A stretch of DNA of 64,000 nucleotides from Dicyema japonicum (lineage: Eukaryota > Animalia > Dicyemida): NCBI GenBank assembly GCA_011109175.1, contig RDEW01000003.1:682001-746000 (forward strand). Direction: 5' to 3'. Of this stretch, positions 38,430-50,159 are shown piece by piece (the first letter of the stretch is position 1; every line of letters starts with the position of its first letter). A program made the position numbers and the translations under genes. The notes under the pieces were generated by a model. That model did no database searches. It saw nothing but the letters and a program-made list of their open reading frames with translations, and had not been told where the DNA came from.

Positions 38430-39865
38430 CAGTCTTGACTTCTGCCAAAGTGATTTCCTCTACCATACTATTCAGATCGTCTACGGAGTAATCCATAGAG
38501 CTAGATATATCTTCTGAGAATTTTTCAGATATAATACTGACTGGGTCTACTCCCTGTATGTTTCTAATTGTTTCCTGAATACTGACGGTACTCTGTCCAG
38601 GGGAATTGTTCTTCCATCTTGATCCGCCAGTGCAATGTTCTTTGCTCTCAAATTTTTGTTGGTCAGTCTGGAGTACAATTTCCAGAAGCAAGGATTCTTC
38701 CGGTGCACTTTCGAGGCTGCTTTCCTAACTTGGTTTTCGGAATACAACTTCCAGGCTCTTTGTATAACTTTTTGGATAGCATCGATATTATTTTCAAAGT
38801 TATCCTGTCCCACATGTCCACACATCGTCTGTGTTTCGCCTTCAGAGTATTCCTCTCCGAATAAGACCCCGAATAGAGGGAGGGCAGGACTGATTCGTTT
38901 TCGGAAGGATTTTTGAGTAAATCTTCTTTGCATATAATCGCAGATACATCGTAATAGTATTGGATAACTCTTGGTTGAAAGAATCCAACTCATTATGTGT
39001 AGAAAAGGAATAATTAATCTTCTTAACATACTCTTCGATAAATAAATGACGATAATGTTCCCAGTCTACCGACAGGTATCATAATACAGAAAAATGTCTT
39101 CAATAATATCCGGTTCAAGATTTATGGTCATCTCCATAGGGATATGGTCACTCCCTATATCCCAGAGTAACCTTGGCCTGTTTACATGGTCTAGTAGTTG
39201 TGGAGATACTAAGGCCAATCCCAGCATATCACCCCCGTAGTATGAGAAGTGATTAGGTTCTTCGGTCGTTAAGACTTCGACTCCAATTTCCCCGACCAAA
39301 TCTGCTAGTAGTTGACCGTCCCTGTTGTTTCCATAGCATCCATAGGTCCTGTTCTTGGCGTTCAAATCTCCCACAAGGATCGACATTGGGTTTCTTTCGA
39401 AGAACTCGACAATTTTCACAGAGGACCGGGCCAAGTCCTTAGAATATAGCCCTCCCACGGTTATCCACGTTCCACCACATTGCACGTCGACAGACACGAA
39501 TTCCGAATCATCGGCCGATATAATGCAGCCGTTTCGAGTTTGCAATAGTTTATGAAAGAAGATTGAGGTTCCTGTTCCAGCAACTGCTCCAACTTTCCAT
39601 GGAATGTCCACTGAGTCATATCCTTCCAGAATATAATGCCTTCCTTCTCGAATCTTCGTCTCGTTGACTACCAAGACATCTGCCTTGGCAGTCCTCATAA
39701 GTAGTGCTAGTTCATCATGCCTTTTCACCAAGGAGCGGGCATTCACCAGCACTAACTTTAGGGTTCTTTTCAGATTTCTTTTTGGTGGCCCGGGCTCTCC
39801 ATGGCCAGGTCCACCATTTCCCGTAAATCCACTCCCATAGTAACACTAAGTTCTCTCAATCTTGT
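38430..39865 (-). mobile_element. LINE-H copy 2, inverted partial copy fused to the H2A promoter
   Basis: Reverse complement of the ORF1 end to ORF2 APE/linker region; joins aaactttagaaag (histone promoter) at 39866. Confidence 0.85.
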
Positions 39866-39967
39866 AAACTTTAGAAAGTATTGATTTTCTTATGCTAATT
39901 CTAAAAGTTTTTTCCGGAAGCACAATTTATAAACATAAGTACGAAAAAATTCAAAATTTTCAATAAA

Positions 39968-40330
39968 ATGTCTACTCGCGGTAAAGGTGGAAAAGTACGT
40001 ACAAAAGCGAAAAGCAAATCAGTTAGAGCAGGCTTGCAATTTCCAGTTGGTCGAATTCATAGATGCTTGAGAAGTGAGACCAGAATGCGAGTTGCAGTTG
40101 GTGCTGCTATCTATGTTGGAGCTGTAATGGAGTATCTATGTGCTGAAGTGCTGGAACTTTGTGGTAATACTGCACTCAAGGCTGCAAAGCGAAGGATCAA
40201 ACCTTGTCACCTGTCTGTCGCAATCAATGCCGATGACGAATTAAAAGAACTTACCCAAAATGCAATAATCTCTTGTGGAAGATACATCTGTCGCAAAAGT
40301 GCTGAACCCGCAAAACCTGCATCCACTTAA
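39968..40330 (+). CDS. H2A: Histone H2A, divergent, 120 aa
   Basis: [42 protein letters not shown]. Confidence 0.9.
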   Translation: MSTRGKGGKVRTKAKSKSVRAGLQFPVGRIHRCLRSETRMRVAVGAAIYVGAVMEYLCAEVLELCGNTALKAAKRRIKPCHLSVAINADDELKELTQNAIISCGRYICRKSAEPAKPAST

Positions 40331-41584
40331 CAATTTTATTAAATAAACCTTTACTTTAATTGACTCTTATCACTATAGTACTTGCTAGCAGAAATCTAAT
40401 TGATCCCTAAGTAATAAGACATCTGCCTTTATTTTGTCAAGATATCTATCGGAAAATTACTCCAAAGGAGTAAAACCCTATTGAAAAAATTAAACTTAAT
40501 TACTTACAAAAATTATCTTGCAAAAAGTTACATTATTACTAACCAACTGTAACCCTAGCTGACAAGTCTAGAACTATCTTGGAATGGAATTGCAATTGGA
40601 TAATCAAAAAACTAAATTAATTTAGTTAAAGGATAACAAGACTTACATAAACAAGAATAGTAGACAAATTTAATTAGACAAATCAATTTCTTCTCCAATG
40701 TATTTATAATTTCGTAGTTTAGTGAGTGGATACAATCTCCACATGATCTTCCCGGACGGAATCCAAATTGATTAGGTCGTAGAAAGTTGCTCCCCTCTAT
40801 ATACCGATTCAGTCTCTTAAATACAATAATCAGTCAATTACAAAGTTATTTTGAAAAAAGTTACATTATTACTAACCAACTGTAAGCCTAGCTGACTAAG
40901 TCAATATCTAGAACTATCTTAGAATGTAGCATTTAGGTAATCAAAAAAATAAATTAATTTAGTTAAAGGTTAACAAGGCTTACATAAACAAGAATAATAG
41001 ACAAATTTAATTTATAAAAACTAAAAAATAATCAATTATCAAATCTCCGCCCACGTGCGTCCAATTTTTAATCTGATTTCATATTTTAACGCGCAAAAGC
41101 AAGACGCGTTGAATGAACTTGGTTTGAGATCAATCAGCCGCAAAAACCTGGATTTTTGACCCCAATTTTTCGACAGCGATTAATTTAATTTTTATATTAA
41201 AATCAAATTGAAATAGTTTTTTTGTTTTTTAAACAGTGTCAAAATTAAAAATTTGTCACATTAAAAGAAAATGATATAGTTTTTTTTGTTTTTTAAACAG
41301 TGTCAAAATTAAAAATTTGTCTTATTTTTGTACTTGAGATTTATTTGGTTAGTTTGTTACATTGAAGTTGGGTTTTATAGGCTAAAGGTATTTTTAGCTA
41401 GTTGATAGAAACTGCGTATGATTAGAAATTCCCGTGAATTAACAATTTAAAACGACATTGCGTCTCAAAAACATTATCAATTAGGCTATAAGGATTGGAT
41501 TATCTTACTTTTTCCTAAATTTTGTCGGGATTAGGTTAATTTAAAAAAAAGAGACAAATTATATTTATTTGATTTATCGAAAAG

Positions 41585-41995
41585 TTATGTTTTTTCACCA
41601 CGAATTCTCCTTGCTAGGTGCATATCCTGTGGCATTATTGTTACTCGTTTTCCATGTATTGCACACAAATTACTATCCTCAAAAATCCCGACCAAATAAG
41701 TCTCTGCAGCCTCCTGAAGAGCAACAATGGCCGATGATTGGAAACGTAAATCTGTCTTCATAAATTGTGCTGCTTCTCTAACAACCCTTTGGAACGGTGT
41801 CTTTCGCAATAGAAGGTCAGTACTCTTTTGATATCTTCTGATCTCCCTCATTGCCACGACACCAGGACGAAAGCGATGTGGTTTCTTTACACCACCCAAT
41901 TGAGAAACTGACTTGCGTGCAGATTTAGCAGAAAGCTGTTTCCTTGGAACTTTTGCTCCAGTTGATTTTCTAGCAGTTTGTTTTGTTCGTGCCAT
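41585..41995 (-). CDS. H3: Histone H3, divergent, 136 aa
   Basis: [49 protein letters not shown]. Confidence 0.95.
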   Translation of the reverse strand: MARTKQTARKSTGAKVPRKQLSAKSARKSVSQLGGVKKPHRFRPGVVAMREIRRYQKSTDLLLRKTPFQRVVREAAQFMKTDLRFQSSAIVALQEAAETYLVGIFEDSNLCAIHGKRVTIMPQDMHLARRIRGEKT

Positions 41996-42363
41996 TATTT
42001 ATCAATGAAAATGAAAATTATCGATTTTTTTCTGCGATGTATTAATACTAACGTACGCTTAAATTTTTCGCTGAAGCACACCAATTTTGCAACAATACGA
42101 GAGAGCAAGTAATTTTTTTCCGGAAGCACAATTTGGAAAATTATCAAAACACAATTTTTTTTAAATTATCAAAGCATTATTTTAAGCAAAATTTTACCAC
42201 ATTAAAGTAGAAAAAAGCTTTTTACAAAATTTTAAAATTATCACTGTGTAATTAGAATTCATAAAAAACACTATTTATAGAAAGCTTCTTGAACCCTAAA
42301 ACGACTTAATTTATATCTCAGAATTTAATATAGATAAAAATTTATTTGTTTATTAAAAAAAAG

Positions 42364-42672
42364 TCATCCACCAAATCCATATATTGTTCTCCCTTGTCTT
42401 TTCAAGGCATAGACCACATCCATAGCAATCACAGTTTTTCTTTTAGCGTGTTCACAATAGGAAATGCAATCTCTTATAGTTCTCTCAATAAAGATCCTGA
42501 GGACACATCTTGTCTCCTCATAAATTTTGCCTGAGATCCTTCTCACACCTCCTCTACGACACAGTCTCCTAATTGCAGGCTTTGTGATCCCCTGAATGTT
42601 ATCGATCAGGATCTTTTTGAATCGCTTTGCACCTGACTTTCCTCCTTTTCCACCTTTACCACGTCCAGACAT
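42364..42672 (-). CDS. H4: Histone H4, divergent, 102 aa
   Basis: [56 protein letters not shown]. Confidence 0.95.
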   Translation of the reverse strand: MSGRGKGGKGGKSGAKRFKKILIDNIQGITKPAIRRLCRRGGVRRISGKIYEETRCVLRIFIERTIRDCISYCEHAKRKTVIAMDVVYALKRQGRTIYGFGG

Positions 42673-42965
42673 TGCTTTGCGCTCCAAATTTGGCGTTTAT
42701 AAATTGACGACGCAAAAATTTTTCGCCGAAGCACAAATCGATAATATTAAAAGTTTTTCACGGAAGCACAAATCGATATTAAAGTGAAAATTGGAAAACA
42801 CACTAAAACGGACTTTTTAAATAGCGTTAAAATTAATAAAAAACGTTCTTATTGCGTTAAAATTAATAAAAAACATTCTTTTGTTAAGATTATGACACGT
42901 GGGCTATTTTTATGTAAGGAAAAAAATGTTAGAAAACAAGTTTTCTTTATTATATCAAGTAAAAA

Positions 42966-43333
42966 TCACTTAGTATTGGTATATTTGGTGACCGCCTTTG
43001 CCCCTTCGGTAATAGCATGCTTTGCTAATTCTCCAGGCAAAATCAAGCGTACTGCTGTTTGAATTTCTCTCGATGTGATAGTAGCTTTGCTATTATGCTG
43101 ACTAGATTGCAAGCTTCGTTCTTGATTTTTTCGTAAATGTCAAAAGTAAAGCTGTCCATAGCCATCATAGCTTTCTTTGACATCCCCAAATCAGTGTGGA
43201 CAGATTTCAAAATCCTCAGAATGTACAAATGATAGTTTTGGGATCGCTTTTTCTTTTTTCGTAAGGCACGTGTGGTGCTGCTAACTTTAACTGCCGCCCG
43301 TTTAGATCCTTTAGTACTCACTTTTTGAACCAT
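42966..43333 (-). CDS. H2B: Histone H2B with one apparent 1-nt deletion near 43110
   Basis: [23 protein letters not shown]; the shifted frame resumes [35 protein letters not shown]. Confidence 0.85.
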
Positions 43334-43353
43334 AGTTCTGAGAATCGAAAATT

Positions 43354-46300
43354 CAATCAAATCAAATCAAATCAAATTTATTCCAAAGTAAGTAAGGAGT
43401 CAATTAAAGGGATTTTTAACGTGTCCGCTTTGCGGCCTGGACACTTCCACATGTATGCCCATCTCCCATTGTAGTCGTCCATTTAGTACGTATTGAGAAG
43501 CTGGTTGCCCAACCTTGCTTCGATATCTATTTTAAACGGGCCTGACAAGGCTATTCTCTTCCTCTGCGAGAGGCTTTCATGTAATTTCCTCCCGCAAGAG
43601 ATATTTTTATCGCCGCTCGCCTTGTTTCTCCAGGCGAGCGAGAATCCTTTCTCTCGAGGGAGTATAATACCATCCCTCGCATCCATAATATCAGTCTTGG
43701 GAGAATCACAGTTTGGAAGATATAGAGCATTGTATCGGCGTCCAGCATAAGTTTTTCTGGAGCAGAACATCGCTTGAACGGCCTTCTTTCTCCGCTCCTC
43801 GATGTCCTTCCGGTACGATCCTCTCCATCCACTGCAATCCCAGGTATTTCAGGCTAGAGACCTCGGTATCCGTAGCGTATACATCTCTCTCTGGTGTCGA
43901 TCCAGCCTGCATATTCGCAAGTAACTGGATTTTTCTGTGGATAGTTTCATCCCTCTCCTATCGCACCATGTCCGAACTCTGTCGACAAAAAGCCCCGATT
44001 CGTCGCTCAGAGATGTAGGCCTTCAGAGATGAGTCTAGGATTAAGATGTCATCCGCATAAAATCATCAGCTTGGTCCTAACGTTTTGTGGAGAAGGAAAA
44101 TCTTCCATAAATACGTTGAATAATAGAGGGCTTAGAATAGATCCCTGCGGCACTCCCCTTTTTAAACAATATATCTTCGGAATATCTTCCACCAACCACC
44201 ACGTTTGATATTCTCGCCAGTCAACAGGTTCTTCAGGCCATAAGGAACATTTGCTTTGATATTTTGATCGAACCAGTTGACAGAATAGGGCCTCGTGCCA
44301 TACACTGTCGAAAGCCTTAGATATGTCAAGGCAGACAAGGCTCAACTTGGCTCCTCTTCTCAAAAGCATTTGCAATCTCATAATTTAGAGAGTAAATGCA
44401 ATTACCAGACACGATCTCCTGGCGCGAAAACCCCATTGGTAACACTGTAGAAAAATTACTCTTTTTCTATGTATTGATTCAATTTTCTTGAAAATAATCC
44501 GTTCCATAATCTTCGATGTAGAACAGATAAGGCTTATAGGCCTATAACTAAGAGGATCTTTCCTCGACTTTCCCAGGTTTAGGGATCATCTTTACAATTG
44601 ATGCTTCCATAGTGAAGGGGAATGTCCGAGCTTGAAACTGCGTTATACATCTTTTGTAGAACAGACAGAAATTCATCGGATCCTTCTTTAAACATAGTCA
44701 TCGGAATGCTATCAAACCAGGAGCCTTGTTTTTGCACTCCGTATAGCAGTCTTGACTTCTGCCAATGTGATTACCTCTACCATACTATTCAGATCGTTTA
44801 TGGAGTAAACCATAGACTAGATATATCTTCTAAGAATTTTTCAGATATAATACTAACTGGGTCTACTCCCTGTATGTTTTCTAATTGTTTCCTGAATTCT
44901 GAAGGTACTCTTTCCAGGGGAATTGTTCTTGCATCTTTATCCGCCAGTACAATGTTCTTTGCTCTCAAATTTTTGTTGGTCAGTCTGGAGTCAATTTCCA
45001 AATGCAAGGATTTTTCCAGTGCACTTTCGAGGCTGCTTTCCTAACTTGGTTTTCGGAATACAACTTCAAGGCTCTCTGTAGAACTTTTTGTATAGCATCG
45101 ATATTATTTTTCAAAGTTATCCTGTCCCACATGTCCACACATCGTCTGTGCTTCGCCTTCAGAGTATTCCTCTCGCGAATAAGACTCCGAATAGAGGGAG
45201 GGCAGGACTGATTCGTTTTCGGAAGGATTTTTGAGTAAATCTTCTTTGCATATAATCGCAGATACATCGTAATAGTATTGGATAGATCTTGGTTGAAAGA
45301 ATCCAACTCATTATGTGTAGAAAAGGAATAATTAATCTTCATTAACATACTCTTCGATAAATAATGACGATAATGTTCCCAGTCTACCGACGAGGTATCA
45401 TAATACAGAAAAATGTCTTCAATAATATCCGGTTCAAGATTTATGGTCATCTCCATAGGGATATGGTCACTCCCTATATCCCAGAGTAACCTTGGCCTGT
45501 TTACATGGTCTAGTAGTTGTGGAGATACTAAGGCCAATCCCAGCATATCACCCCCGTAGTATGAGAAGTGGTTAGGTTCTTCGGTCGTTAAGACTTCGAC
45601 TCCAATTTCCCCGACCAGATCTGCTAGTAGTTGACCGTCCCTGTTGTTTCCATAGCATCCATAGGTCCTGTTCTTGGCGTTCAAATCTCCCACAAGGATC
45701 GACATTGGGTTTCTTTCGAAGAACTCGACAATTTTCACAGAGGACCGGGCCAAGTCCTTAGAATATAGCCCTCCCACGGTTATCCACGTTCCACCACATT
45801 GCACGTCGACAGACACGAATTCCGAATCGTCGGCCGATATAATGCAGTCGTTTCGAGTTTGCAATAGTTTATGAAAGAAGATTGAGGTTCCTGTTCCAGC
45901 AACTGCTCCATCTTTCCATGGAATGTCCACTGAGTCATATCCTTCCAGAATATAATGCCTTCCTTCTCGAATCTTCGTCTCGTTGACTACCAAGACATCT
46001 GCCTTGGCAGTCCTCATAAGTAGTGCTAGTTCATCATGCCTTTTCACCAAGGAGCGGGCATTCACCAGCACTAACTTTAGGGTTCTTTTCAGATTTCTTT
46101 TTGGTGGCCCGGGCTCTCCATGGCCAGGTCCACCATTTCCCGTAAATCCACTCCCATAGTAACACTGAGTTCTCTCAATCTTGTGATAATTTCATACAGT
46201 TCTTCTTTGATTTTTCCTGGTATTTTTCCTCTGGTTTGCCATGCTGGTTTGTTTGGTAGATTATCTGCAGACGGCTTGTTAACACTTGGACCAACAGTTC

Positions 46301-47219
46301 TTTTTCGTGGTAGCGTCTCAACCTTGTTCGCCTATGTCGTTCATAGGTTTCACATCTGCTTTTTGGATTTGAGGAATGAGCTTTCGCCTGGCCTCCACAA
46401 GCACAGGGCATCCTTCATATCTCGCACCGTGTTTGGCAGACCCACAATTGATACATTTCCGTTCAGAATCCAAATTTATAGAACATTTGGAGATATCGTG
46501 TTCTCCCGCGCAACGTAGACATCTTTGCTTTCCTGTGCACTGGTATGAGAAGTGACCTATATGCTGACATTTATAACAGATCGGCGGTCCTCTTCTCTTC
46601 CACTCGCAGGATATTTTGTTCACTCCAATATAGAAACCACAACGTATTAACGATGTGGCTTCTGGTCTACTCTTAATCGTGGCCATCGCCATTGGCATGG
46701 GCCGCGATCCTTTGGACATTCGGGTCACTTTCGTAGTTGAGGGAGCCATTTCCTGTAGGTAGTCCAAGAGGTCGTCCTCCCTCACCCAGAACGGAAGGTT
46801 CCTCAGGACAATCTCAGATGGTTTGGCTGAGATTGCCCTAAAGTGGTGGTTGTCCAGACCAAAGGGACAGGTCTCATTTATGGCCTCCATGTAGGTGGCC
46901 ATGTGTGAGTTGTCTCGGAAGTCCAGACGGAAGGAGCCCGGTCCTCTGTGGCTCATCCTCATGCATCCGTGTTGGTCATAGAGGTATAGTGTGTTCGCAA
47001 TCCTTATTGCACTGGTGGCGGAATTCACTGTTATCAGCACGGACAAGTTTTCTGTGGGATTTGGTTCGTTTGATGGTTTCGTTGGTTCATTGGCAGGTTT
47101 AGGAGGTTCTGCCTTTTGCGGCGTCTTGTTTTCCAGAGCAAATGACTGAGCAGTAGTAGCCCCCGGGGGACGAGAGGAGTTTGCATTTTTCGTTGAAACT
47201 TTTGCTTTTCTTGAAACAC
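43354..47219 (-). mobile_element. LINE-H copy 3, near full-length Jockey/I-like LINE (ORF1 gag, ORF2 APE-RT, (ATTTG)n tail)
   Basis: ORF1 46318-47046 and upstream; ORF2 from 46071 through YADD to ~43480; flanked by cgaaaatt and cgaaaaaaaaaatt. Confidence 0.9.
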
Positions 47220-47230
47220 CGAAAAAAAAA

Positions 47231-47370
47231 ATTTGAATTTTTTCGTACTTATGTTTTCAAATTGTGCTTCCAGAATAAACTTTAGAAAGTATTGATTTTT
47301 CTTATGCTAATTCTAAAAGTTTTTCCGAAGCACAATTTAAAACATAAGTACGAAAAAATTGAAAATTTTC
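47231..47370. promoter_or_regulatory. Divergent H2B/H2A promoter with ~40 bp inverted arms
   Basis: 47231-47271 is the reverse complement of ~47325-47370 (GAAGCACAATTT.AAACATAAGTACGAAAAAATT). Confidence 0.65.
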
Positions 47371-47376
47371 AATAAA

Positions 47377-47740
47377 ATGTCTACTCGCGGTAAAGGTGGA
47401 AAAGTACGTACAAAAGCGAAAAGCAAATCAGTTAGAGCAGGCTTGCAATTTCCAGTTGGTCGAATTCATAGATGCTTGAGAAGTGAGACCAGAATGCGAG
47501 TTGCAGTTGGTGCTTGCCATCTACGTTGGAGCTGTAATGGAGTATCTATGTGCTGAAGTGCTGGAACTTTGTGGTAATACTGCACTCAAGGCTGCAAAGC
47601 GAAGGATCAAACCTTGTCACCTGTCTGTCGCAATCAATGCCGATGACGAATTAAAAGAACTTACCCAAAATGCAATAATCTCTTGCGGAAGATACATCTG
47701 TCGCAAAAGTGCTGAGCCCGCAAAACCAGCATCCACTTAA
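47377..47740 (+). CDS. H2A: Histone H2A copy 2, with an apparent +1 indel near 47515
   Basis: Nearly identical to 39968-40330; ggtgcttgcc versus ggtgctgct. Confidence 0.8.
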
Positions 47741-48114
47741 CAATTTTTATTAAATAAACCTTTACTTTAATTGACTCTTATCACTATAGTACTTGCTTGC
47801 CAGAAATCTATTGATCCCTAAGTAATAAGACATCTGCCTTCATTTTGTCAAGATATCTATCGGAAAATTACTCCAAAGGATTAAAACCCTATTGATAAAA
47901 TTGAAACTTAATTACTTACAAAAGTTATCTTGCAAAAAAGTTACATTATTACTAACCAACTGTAACCCTAGCTGACAAGTCAATATCTAGAACTATCTTG
48001 TAGCAATTGGATAATGAAAAAAAAACTAAATTAATTTAGTTAAAGGATAACAAGACTTATATAAACAAGAATAGTAGACAAATTTAATTAGACAAATCAA
48101 TTTCTTCTCCACTG

Positions 48115-48915
48115 TATTTGAGCGTCCATACGGATGCAGTGGTATCGGTCCATACGGATGCAGTGGTATCCTGGAAAATGGGGGGTTTAACCACTCCCAT
48201 CTTCGGCACCTCTAGCCGAACTAGTGTAGTTAGTCCTCCGAATACCTTTTCTTTCTTCTTTTCTTTCGGCACGTGCGCTCTGGATTGATTCGAGCCTGCA
48301 AAATGCTTTTTAGGGCACTTTGCGGTTTCTGGACCCGAATCATGCACGTTCTGCGGTTTGGCAAAACCGCAGACTTCTCTTTCTCCCTACTGTAGTCCAG
48401 CCTACAGTCATCGGGAGATGGTCCTCTTGTCGCACTTCGTTCGAGGGCAGGCACAGCCTGTTGGACCGCTGGCTGTGTGACGGATTCAGCCCTGCCCTCG
48501 GTTCTCGGTCTTGATTCTTTCAAGAGGCTGAGTCTTGCTCTCAACATCCATCCTCCTCGTCCCAGGCACAGCTTGTTCAACGCCGCTAGCTGTGGCTGGG
48601 ATGTTTTCCTCGGTCCTTGGATCCATTACAGGAGGCTGAGTCTTGCTCTCAACCTCCATCCTCCTCGGTGCAGGCACAGCTTGATCAACCGCTTGCTGTG
48701 TGGGGATGTCCGCTGCAGTGTGGAAAGCAGCCCTGCCATCGATCCCCATGTTGACTCTGAACGACAGAAGGATCGAGTCGCGAACGACCCTCCTGAGCTT
48801 CTCGATTCCTCGGACTCCTATAAAATACAGTCCAATAGGGGCTTATTTGTGAAGAGTCCTTGTACAACGTGGGCCGCTGTGTCGCAGACCACACGTGAGA
48901 TGTCCTCATAATCCT
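48115..48915 (-). mobile_element. LINE ORF1-like segment with three internal peptide repeats, joined to an APE piece
   Basis: LRRVVRDSILLSFRVNMGIDGRAAFHT is conserved with 55575-55810; QAVP..RRM.VESKTQP repeats; 48115-48185 matches APE at 57760-57815. Confidence 0.55.
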
Positions 48916-49045
48916 CAAGATTTCGTAAGGCACGTGTTGTGCTACTAACTTTAACTGCAGCTCTTTTAGATCCTTTTGTGCTAACTTTTTGAACCATAGT
49001 ATAAATCCGTTTAGATCCTTTTGTGCTAACTTTTTGAACCATAGT
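48915..49045 (-). pseudogene. H2B: H2B 5' fragment with a duplicated start
   Basis: [40 protein letters not shown], with synonymous differences from the 43333 copy. Confidence 0.8.
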
Positions 49046-49259
49046 TTTTTAAACAGTGTCAAAATTAAAAATTTGTCACATTAAAAGAAAATGATATAGT
49101 TTTTTGTTTTTTTAACAGTGTCAAAATTGTCTTATTTTTGTACTTAAGATTTATTTGGTTACTTTGTTAAATTGCAGTTGGGTTTTATAGGCTAAATACA
49201 CGCCAAATAAAATTCTAATGTTTTGAAAGGTTCGCCATATTGTAAAATAATTTTTTAAA

Positions 49260-49480
49260 GAGCCCTGGAGGAGTCTGCGGAATACCCCGCCATACTTGAA
49301 CCTGTTGGCCTGGACAAAGGAGATGGAAAACGTCCCGACGGGATCACAATTTTCCCATTTGAAAAGGGGAAACCTTTGGTCTGGGACGCTACTTGTGTCG
49401 ACATTTTGCCCGTCCAACATTGTCGGGAGCGTAGTAGACACACTGTATGCCGCGGAAAAAAACGATGAGGGCAAAGGAGA
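49260..49480 (+). mobile_element. CRE RLE remnant
   Basis: [36 protein letters not shown]. Confidence 0.8.
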
Positions 49481-49619
49481 AGAAACACGAAGCGCTTCGC
49501 GACCGATTCGTGTTTTATCCGATTTTTAAAATAAATAAAGTTTAAATAAATTTGTCAAAATTTGACTTTTATTAATAAATCTAATTATAATTAACTGGTG
49601 ACATAAGTATTAAACGAAC

Positions 49620-49900
49620 GAATTTATGGACTCCTTTCACAGAGACCAGCTTCAGCATATTTTCTCCTTCCATTGGAACCACTACAGACCGCCGTCAGGC
49701 ATTTTTTGAAAATGATCGATGAAGATAGCGATCCATGAGGCGAGATGGAGGCTGTTTCGACATCTACTTTGTCTGGATCTGGGGACCCTTCAAACGTGGC
49801 TAAAGTGGATTACTTTGTTATGGACATTCCGCTTTTTCCGATCGAACTAGACAACCCTTCTGGCGTGTTTTGGATACTATCATAAAAGAGAAGTTTCTTG
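49620..49900 (+). mobile_element. RTE 3' remnant
   Basis: SFHRDQLQHI...ARWRLFRHL..LDLG. Confidence 0.6.
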
Positions 49901-50159
49901 TAAGGCTTGACATCAAACTCGTCTGGTTCTAGGTAAATTCAGGTCACCAGGTTGGCAAGTTCCTAGATAGAAGAGGTCGAAATTTTAATTTTTTTATATT
50001 GGGTGATCCCGGCCTCTAAACAACCATCTCACTTTTGTTCGGTGTTCGATCTGATGCGCCTCCTGTGCGTTTGTGTTACTTGTGGAAACTTTGGAGGTGT
50101 CATTTTTGAATAACAGGATTAATAAAGATTTACCAACTTTATTTAGCCAACAATAAAAA

